DNA of 64,000 nt from Kudoa neothunni (taxonomy: Eukaryota; Animalia; Cnidaria). Shown one piece after another: positions 26,604 through 41,100 of this stretch. The translations under genes and the position numbers were made by a program. The notes beneath the pieces were generated by a model, which saw only the letters and a list, made by a program, of their open reading frames with translations, searched no databases and was not told where the DNA came from. Location of the stretch: the NCBI GenBank assembly GCA_964304625.1, contig OZ199839.1:4467376-4531375 (forward strand), written 5' to 3'. The number at the start of each line of letters is the position of its first letter. The stretch's first letter is position 1.

Positions 26604-28829
26604 CAGCGCTTCCCGATTCATTTTAGTTTCCGGTCCCTACCATTTACGGGGACAGCTCCGCACCCCTTCTCAAAAAAAAGATTTAAAATGGATTTATTTT
26701 TAGATGGGGAAATGTTACAATAACGTTAAAAAGAAAAAACTCGCCTATTTTCACAAGAAAACCGATGTGAATAAAATAAATTAAACTGATAATAAATTAA
26801 ATTTTTTGAATTTTTTTCTTGTCTTCTTTGGACAATAATTTAGTCAAAATGGGACTCTTTATCAGATAAAGTTATGACTAAGGTATGATGAAAACAGAGC
26901 TGCCAGCAGAGTTAAAGAAAACCCAAGATTGAGAAAAACGCTACTCTAAAACACAACAAAAAATATAATCGTATCTATTAAAGTTTTTAACCCTCTTCCG
27001 ATTCAATAATTACGTCTTCAGTCTTGAAATTTCAATTTATCGCCGTATGATTTCGATGTTTTGGCACGAACACTCACTCATATTTGACGTCTCGTATGAA
27101 TCAATACACTCACAATTAATTACTTCATAATTCAAAATATATTTTGTAGTAACGTTTAAATTTTCTAATAATGTGCGACAGTGTTTATTGAGTAATTATG
27201 TAATTGTGTCATGTTAAACAATCTAATGTGCTGTCGTTCAATATCGCAAATGCTTAAACCCTGCATGACAGTGGTTCCCAAACCCTCTATGGATGTGAAC
27301 TCTGGGATTGGGGGTGTGAGACTCGACCACAATAGAAAATAATTTTTGAGACATTTTGAGTCGACAATACCTTATCGTATTTAAACATGTGCGAACTTCG
27401 TTTTGTCATCAAACGTGGGTGCGAGTCCAATTTTAGTTGGGAAGCGCTGCTGCATGATATGATCTGAATGGGATACGTCATTAAAAACATAAATATTAAT
27501 GCCGTACATCAAGAAAAAATTTTGTTATTCTTTAGTGTTTTTAACGGTTTTCAATAAAAACCCAAGATTTTGTATTAAATGAAAAAACCCCCAAGAACCC
27601 AAGGTGACCATAAAAAACCAAGCCCTGGACGAAAATTCGTCTACACGTGCGTGGATATGTGGAAACATTTGAAAAATGAGCAATAACGGAAATGAAAACT
27701 TCAGTATTTTTAAAAAAAGAAATAATTTTCTTTTGTTTGATGATTACTTTTACAAAAGGGATTGTTCAACAAAGACAATATTGGAAGTACCATGGAAGAT
27801 TAAGAACCAACCCCTCTGGAATTCATAATGCTGAAAAAATTGATTTTCATAACAGCACTATATCCTTTGAGAAACATATTCAATTGAAATTAGAAAATTT
27901 AAGAAGTATCTGCCAAAAATATGATCAGTATTATGACACCTTTTACTTTCGAACCAATCACAAAACCATAGAATTGGAAGTTATCTTAACCTTAAAATTT
28001 TTAAATTAATTAAAAAAATTGATTGTTCATTTAATAATTATGCACTTATTGATTCTTTTTAATGTTACCCGGCGCACGCGCGAATGTTATGACAAAATTC
28101 GTTTTGTGGTCTTGATTTTTTATCATGTTTTCTGAACAATAATTGGGTCAAAATAAGACTCTTTATCAGATAAAGTTATGACCAAATCATAATTTGTAAA
28201 GGTACAAGATATGTTAATGTTTTTGTGTAAAATAACAGATGTGAATAGTTGAGCTTAAACAAAATTTTGGATTTTGTAATTTTGTTGTTTAATTATAAAT
28301 TTAAAAGTTTAATGAGGAAATTAAATTTATGACCCAATCTCGAATGCATAGTTTTAATTGATAGAATTTTTGAGTGCAAATTGACTTATTTAAAATATAA
28401 AAAATTTAAATAATTTAACAAAAAATCTAAATTACGTAACCTTGACACTAATTAAAATTTAATTCTTACTTTACGTATAGTTTAATTAAAAAATAATAAA
28501 TAATACAATTTTTAATAATTCATCTATTTTAAAACCTTTTATATGTCGTTCATCTTTCCCAGTAAAAAGTAAATACTTCATAATTTTTTAGGTTGTTCTA
28601 TTCAAAATTTAAACTAAATAATTTATTTACGAATGACTATTTATTTAACAGACGTATTTCAGCTTCGATTGCGCACGAATCGCACATGATATATTGTCGA
28701 GAGAGATTCTGATCATTTTGAATCGAAACATTATGTACAAAGCATGCTTAGCTATATAATTTTTTCGTTGACTCTAGACGTGAGTCTCGGACCCTCAGAA
28801 ACTGCCCCCCCCCAAATCGGGAAGCCCTG
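26604..28829. mobile_element. Non-autonomous hAT-type element containing further hAT ends
   Basis: TIRs CAG(C/G)GCTTCCCGATT; 8-bp flanks CATTATAA/TTTTATAA (6 of 8 match); internal direct repeat of about 50 bp (26830 and 28135); nested CAGTGGTTCCCAAAC end near 27269. Confidence 0.6.
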
Positions 28830-29459
28830 TTTTATAATAATGCATCAAATTTCTGAAACATTTACAATTTCTAAATATACTGTATAGAATAATTTTAGAT
28901 GAATTCAGTCTATTGAATTATTGAGTCTATCATAGTCTCTTCCATTATTTTTTAATTATTCTATAAACCTAAAGGTTAATCTAAATGCAACATACTTCCA
29001 AATTCTATTACCTTACAAAATTAATGACGTCTCGTATTTTACTCAAAAAGATTTAATATATAATGTTGAATTGTGGCTTTAAACTTGACTGGGGACTACT
29101 CATGGCATCAAAAAGATATGATTTTTGGAAATTTGTTTTAATTTCAAATAATAATTGGAAAATATACTTAACTCTTCTATGAATAAAGTTTTTTCGCTAT
29201 TTACCGGATAACAGCCAAAATATTTTAAAAGGTAGTTTCTTTTTTTAAATTTCTTATATTTAATATGAATTAACATCCTTCGTGAAGTTTGACCGTGGAA
29301 TTTGGTTAACCAGTCCGCATCTATAAAAACTATAAGTATCTAAGTTAATCACATCTAACCTATTGCATCATCTATTTACGTAGAAAATGAGGATTGAAAT
29401 CATTAAACATGCTCGTACGGGCTACCACCACCTCACACCCTCTTATTCCCTTTAGATGC

Positions 29460-29880
29460 CTGGACAATACGGCATAGTGATATTAGGTGTGTTTTCGCAT
29501 ACCATGAGGTTACGTGTTTGGGTCCTAGACCGGGCGGTCCTGTACTTCTAATCCAAAATTGAGTAGGAAGCATGTAGTAATTGCAGAGATCTACGATTTA
29601 TCGGGGTCATGCTTGCAGCTAGGAGGGGGCTGGCAGAAGGGTAACTTTCAGGTGATCATAAACGTCGGGGTACAGGAACGAAATAAAACTCAGTAGGGGG
29701 GTTCCCATAAAGCTGACACACGCATTCAGACGACTTTCTCAGATTAATTCTGGGTATAGTTAGGGGTGGTGGTTGCTCCAAACCGAGGATGTTTAATGAG
29801 TTAAAATCTCACACTACCGCATAATCGTAAGTCGCCTTAATGACGGTGCGGTGTCTACAGCGTAAATGAAGAAGGCTTAA
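29460..29880 (+). repeat. Putative tRNA-derived SINE with an L2-type 3' tail
   Basis: GC-rich island with degenerate A/B boxes (GGCATAGTGA.., GTTTGGGTCC). The tail GTAAGTCGCCTT..GTCTACAGCGTAAATGAA resembles the L2/SINE tail GTAAGTCGCTTTGG..GTCTGCTAAATG. Confidence 0.5.
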
Positions 29881-30548
29881 CCAGCCCAAACTTCACAACC
29901 TAACAAGTTTCGCCAGGGGTTTTACTTTGTAAACAAAAAAACGAAAAAACAAATTCCCTTTTAAACTGAAATAAAGTCATCTTTTCTGGGCTTGCAAGAT
30001 TTTTTTTAATGCGTCAACAACGATTCAAACGGCTAATCAGACCCAGTTGCGACTAAAAATGCATCACACCTGATGATGCGCTTTCATCTTAACAGAGTTT
30101 TTTAGTTGAGAAGCCATGCGTCTAAAAATTTATTGAAATCGTGATGTCCAAGAATAGATTCTGATAACTCCATGTCAGTTGTGTCTGATCGCAACATGAC
30201 ACAAGCTCATTGGGACAGGGAAATTAGTGAGATGCCAAGGGAACAGGTTAACATTTATAGCATCAACCACATTTTTAACTGTTATGTATTTTGTAAGCAG
30301 GCAGTGCAGAGAAAAACACAGATTAAAAATGGACAGCGTTCAGATTAGCGGAAATGTTCAAACGTTCACGAAGTTTGTGAATACATAAACAAATACTTAA
30401 CATTAACTTAGCCAAAATACATTTCATGAGTCGAAATAACGGTATATTTGTAAAATGATAAAAATCTCTGGTAAAGCATAATGCCATATAAAAAAATGAG
30501 ACAAATACAAACATTGGAACATATATTAGAAGTGAAAAAGTTAACGAT

Positions 30549-31671
30549 TTAACGGAAATACGGGGGACTGCACCCAGCAATGTGTTTTTTATAAATAGAA
30601 TCAAGTATATCACTAAACTCGTCGTTAATTTTAAGTTTATCCTTCAAAATAATGTTCATATTTAGATTGAACTGTTCCATAGATGATGCTCCTATAATAA
30701 GAGCATCACCATATTTCGAATCCATCATTGATGAATCAATTATCCAAGAAAATGCGAGTCTGAGTAAGTCATAGTTGGGAGTTGAAAACGTGGAGTCCTT
30801 TTTGGGAGATCTTTTAGTGCCTATATAGGTTTGAAGTGAACTTTCAACGTCACTCAGAGCGTCAAAATAATTTTTTTTTCCAAAAACGGTCTTGATACAA
30901 TTTAGCCCATTTACCACCAATTTTATAAAATCTAAATGGATGATTTATATTCTCCATTTTTCTCAAAATTAATAACCTATTTGGAGTGGTATGTTCACTA
31001 AAATTGTTTAAATCATCAAATTTATATCTTCCTGACAATATACCCCCAGCCAATGGGTTGTACGCATAGAAACTTATACCCAGATCGCGTAAACATGGAA
31101 TTAATTCGTTTTCAACATTCCTATATGTAACATTAATCGCATAAAAAAATTTATTTTGCATATACCTAGTCAACATGTTATACATTCCTTGATAGACGGT
31201 GGGTTTTACCCAATCATTCCTGTCACAAATTTGCCATATTTTCATCACTTCCCACGAAGAATAATTGGATATACCGAATCTCTTAAACTTTCCATTTCTG
31301 AATGAATGGTCGATGGTCTCAAGAGTTTTTTCGATCGGATCGCTGCAGCTTGGCCAATGTAGATAGAAAATATCAACGGAACTTTTGTTGAGACTGTCCA
31401 AAGACGTGGCAAGTTGCTGTTGTAACGCGCTCGGTGTAAACCCATTCTCGACATATGAAGGATTCGCTTTGGTAGAAACCTGAAGATTATTGTCTCCTAT
31501 ATACTCGCTAAACTCTCCAAGAATTTTCTCGGTTAATCCATTTGCATACATTGATGCAGTATCTAGTTCGGTATAGCCTAACAACGAAAACTTAACAATC
31601 AAATCTAAGCACTGGTCCTTGGACAATCTTCGACCAAATTCCATAGTTCCCAACACAATCTTATTCAGCAT
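30549..31671 (-). CDS. AKR7A: Aflatoxin B1 aldehyde reductase-type aldo-keto reductase
   Basis: VLGTMEFGRR, ELDTASMY, STKANP, DIFYLHWP, PTVYQGMYN, FYAYNPLAGG and C-terminal SPPYFR. Introns at 31121-31165 and 30932-30976. Apparent +1 frameshift in the A9 run at 30871-30879. Confidence 0.92.
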
Positions 31672-32130
31672 AATATATTTTTCGACTAATCTATCGTGAT
31701 AAAACCCTACAAGATAGTTTAATGTATAAAAACCTGAGTGCCCTCTAATGAAAATTGACACAGCTTTAATCCGATCAAACGTCGTCCACCGCCGACCAAT
31801 GTGTTTATATTTTTTTCAAAACATAGTAACTTTATGTAATAGTTAACAATTTTTGTCTCACAACTATTAAAAGTCTCAAACCTTGTTTACGCTAAAGCCA
31901 ATATTATCTTAAATTAACATTGACCTCCTATTTGGATTTGGCCAGCAATGTAATAATTTTCCTTTTGGGGATAACACTTAAACTCAATCTTCTTTACTAA
32001 ATATTTTGTAGAAATTAATAAACTCGCGTTTGATATTGGATTAATAGAAAATTTTGGCATGAACAATAAATAGCACAGATAAAAGATGGTAAGCAATCTA
32101 TGAAAATGGGCCATACAAAATGTAGCCAAT

Positions 32131-35100
32131 CTAACCATGTTGTTTCAAAACTTTAGATAAATCAAATGGTCTGAAGGCATAGCCGGAACCGGAGTAAAAT
32201 TTCCCTTGGAATTCCACCCTATTTAATTATAAAAATATAACCATAGAGAAATAAAATACCAGTGTAATCGAAGGGTGTGTAAAAACGCAGACATGCCCTC
32301 CATAAGAATAAGTACAAAGAAAGTTAAAGCTAAAACCAAGTATTATAAATGCTGGATATAATATATATTGCATACATATAAATGAAAAAAATATTATCGT
32401 CATCTTAATGGAACCAAAAAAGCGATTATGACTTATGAACGCGTGTTTTAAGACCATTGTCCACAAAACTTCGGATAATTCTAATTGAAGTGAGAAACAA
32501 TAATTTTAGTTTGTAATGAAACCGAATTACGACTATGTGCCAAACTGAGAGCCCACAAACGAAGATACGATGCAGTATTTGATACGGACCCAAGTACAAA
32601 CTCAATTGTATGGATTCCTTGTAAGACAAGACTTTCACCAAAACTCTCCACTTCCTACAACAAACAATGAATAAACTATAATTGAACAAGACAAAAAAAT
32701 ACATGATCCATGTTGCTGAAATTGCCATTTCCATTCTTTTGACGTCTATGGAAAGCGATATGACTAACATTTATAGTATCGGCATCGGGGTCGTCGGTTT
32801 CACAAATAGTGGTCGAATCATTCTCAATATCGATCAATTTATCAGTGGTAGTGGGTAACGAGTGTTGCTGGTTTCCAAAATTGGTAATATCAGAAGATTC
32901 AAAGGCTTTCGATGAATTGTGATCTCCCATCAGTGAGGATCCATCAAAAACATGGGGTAATGATTCGTCCAGATGTTTCTAAAACAAAATGAAAATGGTA
33001 TAAATAGATGGTAACCCGTAAGAAAATAATTCTGAAAGTTCCACAAACAATCATCGGAATAAATAGGATGCAAAATTTAATAAAATAAATGTGAATTTAA
33101 TAATGGATAAGTAGAAAACAGTTTAATACTTTTCTATATTTCCAATAATATTAACATAAAAATGTGTGTAGTTAGTATGCCCCTAATTAGGTCGGCTCAA
33201 TATTATTAGGACTTACAATGTTTGAAGACAAAGGCACGTAACCATTTTGACCAGAGGTAACACCTCTAATTAATGAGGTAACATGATCTGTAAGTCGAGT
33301 CTAATAAAGTATTATGTTAATCAACCAATATAACCTAATCAAAAATATGATTATCTGTATTGTCAACTTGGAAAAAATCATTTAAAAGCGAAAAATATTG
33401 TTAATAGAAATTTTATTATGATTATATTGGAATTTCGTTTTTAAATAATCTAGTAGCAATTTTAACCATAAATAAAAATCAAATGTCAGTGGAAATTAAG
33501 TGGATACAAAAAAGAATCCCATCATTGCTGTGCGATCAATTGTAAGGCAGATAATTATTAGATCGCAATTAGGTCAAACAAAATTATGGATCACCAATCA
33601 TATGAATAAGGGGTCAGCTTTAATTAATTCAATAAAAGAAATTTAATTAAAATTATAAGATTATATCCCACGCTTAGACATTTTGCACAGTAATGTTAAC
33701 AACTATACGCAAAAAGTTTTAGGAGGCAAATATAATAAATTAGGTTAATTAGATTATTCTCAACATTAATAATTACATTAATTTACGATTTTCCATGAAA
33801 AGGGCGTTAATTATTACTCCTTTCAAGCCCAATTTATTTGCGTTTCTCTAGCAAATGTATCCAAAAAATTTAGCAATGTTAATAAAGGATTGAGTTAACT
33901 AAGCATCAATGTATCCCTTAATGGTGAAAACAACTAGGAAAATCAATTGTAAACTTGATATACACAGCACAGTTTAAATAAAATTGAGTGTCTACAACAA
34001 TTTACTTATGGGTATGAATATAACATCGACACAAGAAAATCTTAAATTATTCCTTTATGATCATCTTTATAAATGATTAACTATTTTATAATTGATCTTA
34101 TATCTTCCAACGGAAAAATAATTCGGTGATTCATTACACTTTTTTAATCACCGTCCGACTTAATGTACAGGGATACTTAGCAAAAAAAGATTTTGATTAC
34201 CGCAGGTTTTTGCCGTTACGATGCTTTCGATAGATTATTAGATCCAAAAATTAATCGCCATAAAGAGGGGAAAATTCCAATCTCCGAATAGAGAAAAACG
34301 TTACCGATACACCCAGGATAATTTTAGACCAGTTAGTTAATGGGATTTCTCATATCCTCTCTTTGATCGCTTACGAAATCGGGCTCGCCAAATTTGAGTA
34401 GTAAATTAGTTAAATATTACACAATTCAAAAATTGGCAATAATGTTTGGCTTTAATTAAACAGATATTTATAAGAATATGTGAGGAGGTACCGGTTCATA
34501 AAAGCTGTCAGCTGAAGGGATTCTATTCAACTTGATGAATTTTTATATCTTAAGCCTTAATTAATTCAATCGCATTTCTTAGAAACCAAATACAGAAGGT
34601 GACGGGTCGCGGGAACTAAAATGGGAATTGAGCTCAAGATGCCCACAACCCGTCAAGTACTCTCGAGCTGTCATGACGCATGTGAACAAAGCAAAATTTT
34701 AATGTGGGCTCTTGCAATTTAATCTCTCTTATTTATCATTATGTTTTCATTTGTACGCAAAAGTATATCAATAAGAACAAATTTTGAATAGAAATTATGT
34801 AAAAATTAAGTGCGATTAATCTAGTCGATCCTTGATTTTAAGTTGTAGAAACAAACTGTTTAGACAACGTGATGATATTGATTTCTGTCAAAAATTAAAA
34901 AAATAAATGAAATTCATACATCCAATTTTGTTACAATCAAAATTATTTTTAAATTTTCATCATAAAGTTTGGACGATTTTAAATAAAAACATGCAGAAAA
35001 CATTCTCACTGAATTATTATATCTTATAAAAGTGTTGCGTAACAAATACATTATTTTCTTTACTCGAGAGAAGTAGGAGTAAGAGTTAGTAATCAAGACA

Positions 35101-38100
35101 AATTTAATATACGGTCGAACCTCGATTATCCGGAAATCGCGCTATCCGAAAGAAATTTGAAATTTTATTTGGATTTTACTGACATTACGTTTCGATAAAT
35201 GTTCGATTATCAGGAATTTCTGTAACCGGAAGAATTATTTAATCATATTTCCGGATAAACGTAGCATCCATCATCATACGATGTATACAATGTAGCATAT
35301 ATACCAATGCATTATTTAAAACAAAAATATTTCTAAGTTATTTATTAATAAATTTTCCTTTAAAAACTTAAGTTAAGCATGCAGTTCTTATGTAAATTTG
35401 TACTATATCTGACCATATTTCTGTATGTACATTAAACAAACATTAAGTATCGATTATTTAAAAAAGCAGGTTACTCCTTTGTAGATCTGTAGACATGTAA
35501 AAACTGCCATAATTATGTACCGGTTTTCCTTTAAGTATTCATATTCTTAGCTAATAGATATGTCAACATTTTTAATTTAAATGGCAGAAGTTAAAATATT
35601 TTACTTAATAAATAGTAAAAATTGTTTATGAACCAAGTAAACAATCAAAATAAGCAAAAAGTTTGAATAGGCGCGAGTACATGACATAGTTAATGTTCGA
35701 TTAATCGGAACCTCGCTATCCGGAAAGGAAATCAATCGCTGGTCCCAAATTTTCCGATTGATCGAGGTTCGACTGTATATTAATATGCATAAATGTCATA
35801 AAATTAATTAATATAACCAATAAAGTATAACTAAAAGTTTTTATCATACTTATTAGTTGGATTTTGTTTTGAAAAAGTCATCAATATTTTACTGGCAAAG
35901 TTCTAACTTTCTTAACTCGTGAATCGACGTTTCTAGATCCATGATCATAGATATCATATGATGATTTCGTTTTCTGAAAAATTTGTACATTTTACTCAAA
36001 TAAATTAGAGCATCATTCATAGAAATAATAAATTTTTTGATGATTATTTGTAATTCTCATTTCATTATGAGCCTTGACGATGGATTCTTTATTACCCGAA
36101 ATATTATTTAAAGAAGATAGAGATTTTAAAATAAAATAATCGAGGATTTTAGTTTTTCTGTTTTTTCCATTCGATATTCTTTCATAATATGACATTATAT
36201 CCGTTTCATCTTTCAAATAATGAAATTGCTTGGTTCTCTTCAAGTGCTCATGACCCATCATTTGGGAAACTCTATTCTTAAGCTTAGTGCCCAGGACCTG
36301 TCAAGTGCTCACGAGTCGTAAATTTGAGTTAATTCATACTTATACTTATAACGACTTAAAACAAAAACTAAGGTTTTAATAATTTATTATAATTAGTAGC
36401 AGTATTGTGTAAATCATTAAATCATGGCAGGTGCCCACGAGTGGTGGTGCGCAAGAGCCGTCACCTACAATATAATAAAAAGAACGTGAATAAACACCGA
36501 AAAAATTAATTTTACATAAAACAGAGGTCTCAGGAAAAATATGAAAGGTTTCATATGAGAACATTCAACTTAGAAATTTCTCTCGGGCTAAACGAGAAAA
36601 ATTATAAATGCAAATGCATTGATAAACGAATTAGGTAGTGGCTTCTCAAAGGAAATTAATATCTTTAAAACTAACCAATCGAACTTACTGAAAATTTATA
36701 TATTAATACAATCCAAAAAAAGCAATTGATTTATTAATTTTTAAGCATATACAAATATGTAATATAGAAGACCCCAAAATAACGCACGTGAATGAATGTG
36801 AACAAGTTTTTTAACTTTAAACCAGATTAAAAATCCATAACAACAATTTTTCATGATTATGTGTGTGTTACTCCTTAAGTCGTGCGCAAGAGTGATGAAT
36901 CAGAATTTATTAACGTTGGCATGAAGTTGAATTCTTTTGGTGAACTAGAAAGTGCTATAAAGATTTATTAAAATACATCATATTTTAGCTTGTATTATGC
37001 CAGGAAGAATCCTCTTAAATATTAAAAGCACAATAACCAAATCAACCATTCCACTTTTCGTTATGACAAAATTACATGTCGATGTATTTTCGGTGGTACT
37101 AATCGGCACACAAATAATGAACAATGAAATAAAAGGATATTCAAAAATGATTGATCTGTTAAACTCGCACCGGAGGTTTCCGAGGGCGAGTTGTCTATTG
37201 ACTTGCGTGCTTCTATTTCAGACTGAACCACCTTCATATCACCACAAATATAATGTAGACATTTATCGACGAATTTGTAAACAATGATATTCATTGAAGT
37301 TATTTCAATAAACAAAAATACAACAAATTCTATCCATCAGTTTTAGAGATATTAACCCTTAATGGATCACTTCCTGGCGCTTACACAAAGGACCGCCTTG
37401 AGCTCCGCGAGCTCAAGAACAAATCTAGGATTAAATTGGTTAAAAACAGTTATTAGCGCGATTAACATTTAAACTATGCTGCTTTGGAAGACCTAACAAA
37501 AATAAGACACATTTTCATTACGCAGAGTTAAAAAAAGTACAAGTATTGTTTTTTAAAGAATGCTCAATATAGTCGCTATTATGGCAGTGGCCACAAACCT
37601 GTTTTCTCCTCCGTACGACATTGGAAGGACAAAGATAACATGGCCTTCTTTTATTTTTGTCGTTTTCATCATTTTTTGCATAACGAATATCAATATCATA
37701 TCCTATGATTTCCATTGAACGCTTTATGGTCGGCTGGCAAGAAATTTTAGGATTTTTAAATCTCCTATTCTGTTCATATCTTATCGATGATATTACCCAA
37801 ATCATCGTCAGAACTCTCATTTGACACATTATTTTGGATAAAATTTTCTAGTTCGCTCGATGAAATACTTTCACAATCAGACGACATTTTGATTAACTTG
37901 CCAAAATCTGTTTGAAATTAAACAAAAAAAAAAGAAGGGATTACATTTGTAATTAATGACTTCATTATATGCTTAAAATTGATTCAAAATGAATTAAATA
38001 AGAATTAATTTTTTTTGTGAATTTACGTTAAATTTGGGTTTCAAATAATGAATTTTTGGGGGTCATAGACACAATTTAATAGGTGGGTGGGTTCATGGAA

Positions 38101-41100
38101 CCCAAGGTGGTCTATTAAGGGTCAATTGCCTGTGAAATAGCAAGTTCCACGAGAGGATTAGCAGGTAACTATGAAATAGCTAATGCCTAATTTGAATGCT
38201 AATTTTTTAATAATATAAAAACCTCTATTATTTGCATAGTTATTTTGTATCTATTTGGTAAACTAAATAATAATTGCTTATGTATTAAGATTTTAAGGCG
38301 TTTTTAATGTCACGCGTATAACATGTGTATATGCTTAAAAACTAATAAATCAATTGCTCCTTCTGGATTATATTAATATATAAATTTTCAGTAAGTTCGG
38401 CTGGTTAGTTTTAGAAATATTAATTTCCTTTGAAATAGTTACTGCCAACAAATTATAATGCTAAAGGAATTTTGGAATCGACATATGCTAACATTTAAAA
38501 AGAACTTAATTCGAATCCAAGTTGTAATAAAAGGACACTTTTCTTTAAAATCATTTGCATTTCAAAAATACTTTTCCAAATAAATTGATCAATAAAGGAG
38601 TTAATTATATATAATTTCAATTTATTCGTGGGGTATTTATTGATCTCAGGTCCTCACCTCATTATTTTCCTTAGAAATTATAATAAATAAAATGTATTTT
38701 AAAAATTCGGATGATTGTAAGTATCAGGCAGGTCTTTGAAATTATTTGCGATGTTTATATCAGACATATTGGTCGGGGTGAAAACGCAAAAAACCTTACA
38801 CCAGGCCAGGTACAGTCAAAAAATCGCACACTTTGGGCAATAATAAAGATAGTAAAAACTGATCGTGGCTTTTTATGACACATTGTATCAATTAAAAAAG
38901 AATTTCTATTAGAAAAGTTCTCAAATAATTAATGGATAGTGCTTATTTCGAACCGAAACAATAATAAATCTTAGAAAATCCTCGAGAAAAAGAATTAATA
39001 TTCTTTGAGAATCAAATAGCTATAACAACATTGTTAAACTGTCCAATATAACTGCGTGAAGAAGTCTTTCCTCATTGTAGTTGTGCTCAAGCACAATAAT
39101 GGAATCAGGGTATGATTAAACACAATCTTTCGACCCAAAAAGTACATTAACATTGAGAATAACTCGGCAACAACAGTCAACATTGGCATTAAATGTGTAA
39201 TAACGAGATATGCGCCAATATATAGAAACTCAAAACTGAGCGCAATTAATCCTTAAGTTATTCTGATCAAAATAAATAATTTAACTTAGGCATTGACGGT
39301 ATCATAAAATTTTTTTACAAATTAAAATGATTAGATATTTAAATAACAAGATGCTTAACCTTCTAAGTAGCTGAAAAATTTCCACCCTCCAAATAAAAAT
39401 GGGGTAGAAATCTCTCATTTTTTTATTTGATAAAATTGTCTCAAATAAAATTCATCGCTGACTGTCAAAATACAAGGAAAATTCATCGGGTAAATTTTGA
39501 ATACATGACAAATTATTGAAGTAATATTATGTGCGCGCATGTGCGCACATAATGTTGTAACAGTCCTATTGAGTATGATTGTTTTTATAGGTGTATTTTT
39601 GCGGTTTTTTAGTCTTTACATTTAATTCAAATTTTATAACAACTGCCAATTAATTTATCATATTCAAAACAACGAAGTGTAAAACTGCACAGAAAAATAC
39701 AAAATGATGGAAAACAGTGTTTATTTCACAAAAAAATTATCATATATTCTTTAAACTCTTTATAAAACACAAAACTTGTCAAAATGTTGAAAAATTATAT
39801 CATATATCTTTTTAATGCTCTCTACAGCGTAGGAATAAGCAAACTGATGAAAAGTCATCGTATTTTGAATAACCGGTATAAAAATAATGAGAGAACGAAG
39901 AGCTATCATTGTATTCTGAAGAGAACGACACGCTTAATCGGCGCTGCGCATGAGGACTGGCATCGCGTGCATAGTGTTTCGTTATTTATTCATTATTTAC
40001 TCAATAGAATTTCCGTAAATGTTCACAAATCACATGTATAAATATTTTAATTGATTTTATGAAAGAAAAATGTGTGATAGATTTCTACCTCAATTTTATT
40101 TGGAAGGTGTTTTTACATTAACTTTCTTCATACATGACAAAAAAAATTTCAACTCATTCTTCTGAAAGTTCTCATAAAGATAAATGATTACAAAAAGTGG
40201 AGCGGAGTTATATTGCGTTTATACACTATAATTTTATTGGCAAAAATCACTGGGGGTAGAAATCTACCCCATTTTATTTAGAAAGTTAATAAAGTAATTA
40301 AATTAATGACATCAAACATTGCTCGAAAGCTTTATCTTCAATATAATCTGTTGAAAGAATTTCAAACCTGAGAATAAAAGTATAATTTTTATAAAAGAAA
40401 ATAGAAAGTTGCTAGGTTTAGACTATCAACTTAACTGCATTAATAGAGCTACATTATAATTAAATCAATATTTACATGAAAAATTGGGCAAGAAAGGGTT
40501 ATCAAACTATTGAATTATATTCCAACCTAGTAAGCCTATTTCTCGAGAAACTCAAATGAAAAAAATACGTTTTCTTTTGAGGTAATGAGCAATGGGTTTC
40601 GCAAACAACATCCAAGGTACGGAAATCACAGCTAGAACAACTAAGCACATCTCCACAACCCTCTACACATCAATTGAGTAATGAAATGAGTTTAACAACA
40701 AACGTGTATTAGCAAGTACCTGGTATCTATAAATAAGGTTTTCAGGTGGTATTTCTTTACCGAAACTAAGAAACATGCCAATCAAAGCCAACAATATGCT
40801 TGGTTGCTAATTAAGAGGGTAAAACCAACTTCAACCAACAAAATTGATCACATATTTCGAATGCAGTGATATAAAAATCCATTTGTAGAAGATTAGCACA
40901 ATCAGATAACCAAATATCGATGAGAAAAAGATCACCTAAATAAAATAACAGGTCAGTACACTTGATAATATCAACAGATATTAACATCAAATATTTACCC
41001 CAGGCAACAATTCTCCGAATATTCCAATCATGTCCTTACGATAGCTAAAATCGATACCATTAGAGTTGTAACGACCAACCGTTGGAGTTACATGTAGTTG

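Noticed and set aside
30065-30170. Hammerhead or C/D snoRNA at CTGATGA..CTGA
   Set aside because: No GAAA with stems, and no terminal stem or identifiable guide.
31672-31761. N-terminal extension of AKR7A in the ORF track
   Set aside because: It begins at a non-ATG codon; homology starts at MLNKIVLGTM (31671).
31914-32990. Separate membrane-protein gene suggested by the ORF track
   Set aside because: The spliced reading is the C-terminus of V-ATPase subunit a; the listed ORFs are mostly wrong-frame or intron read-through.
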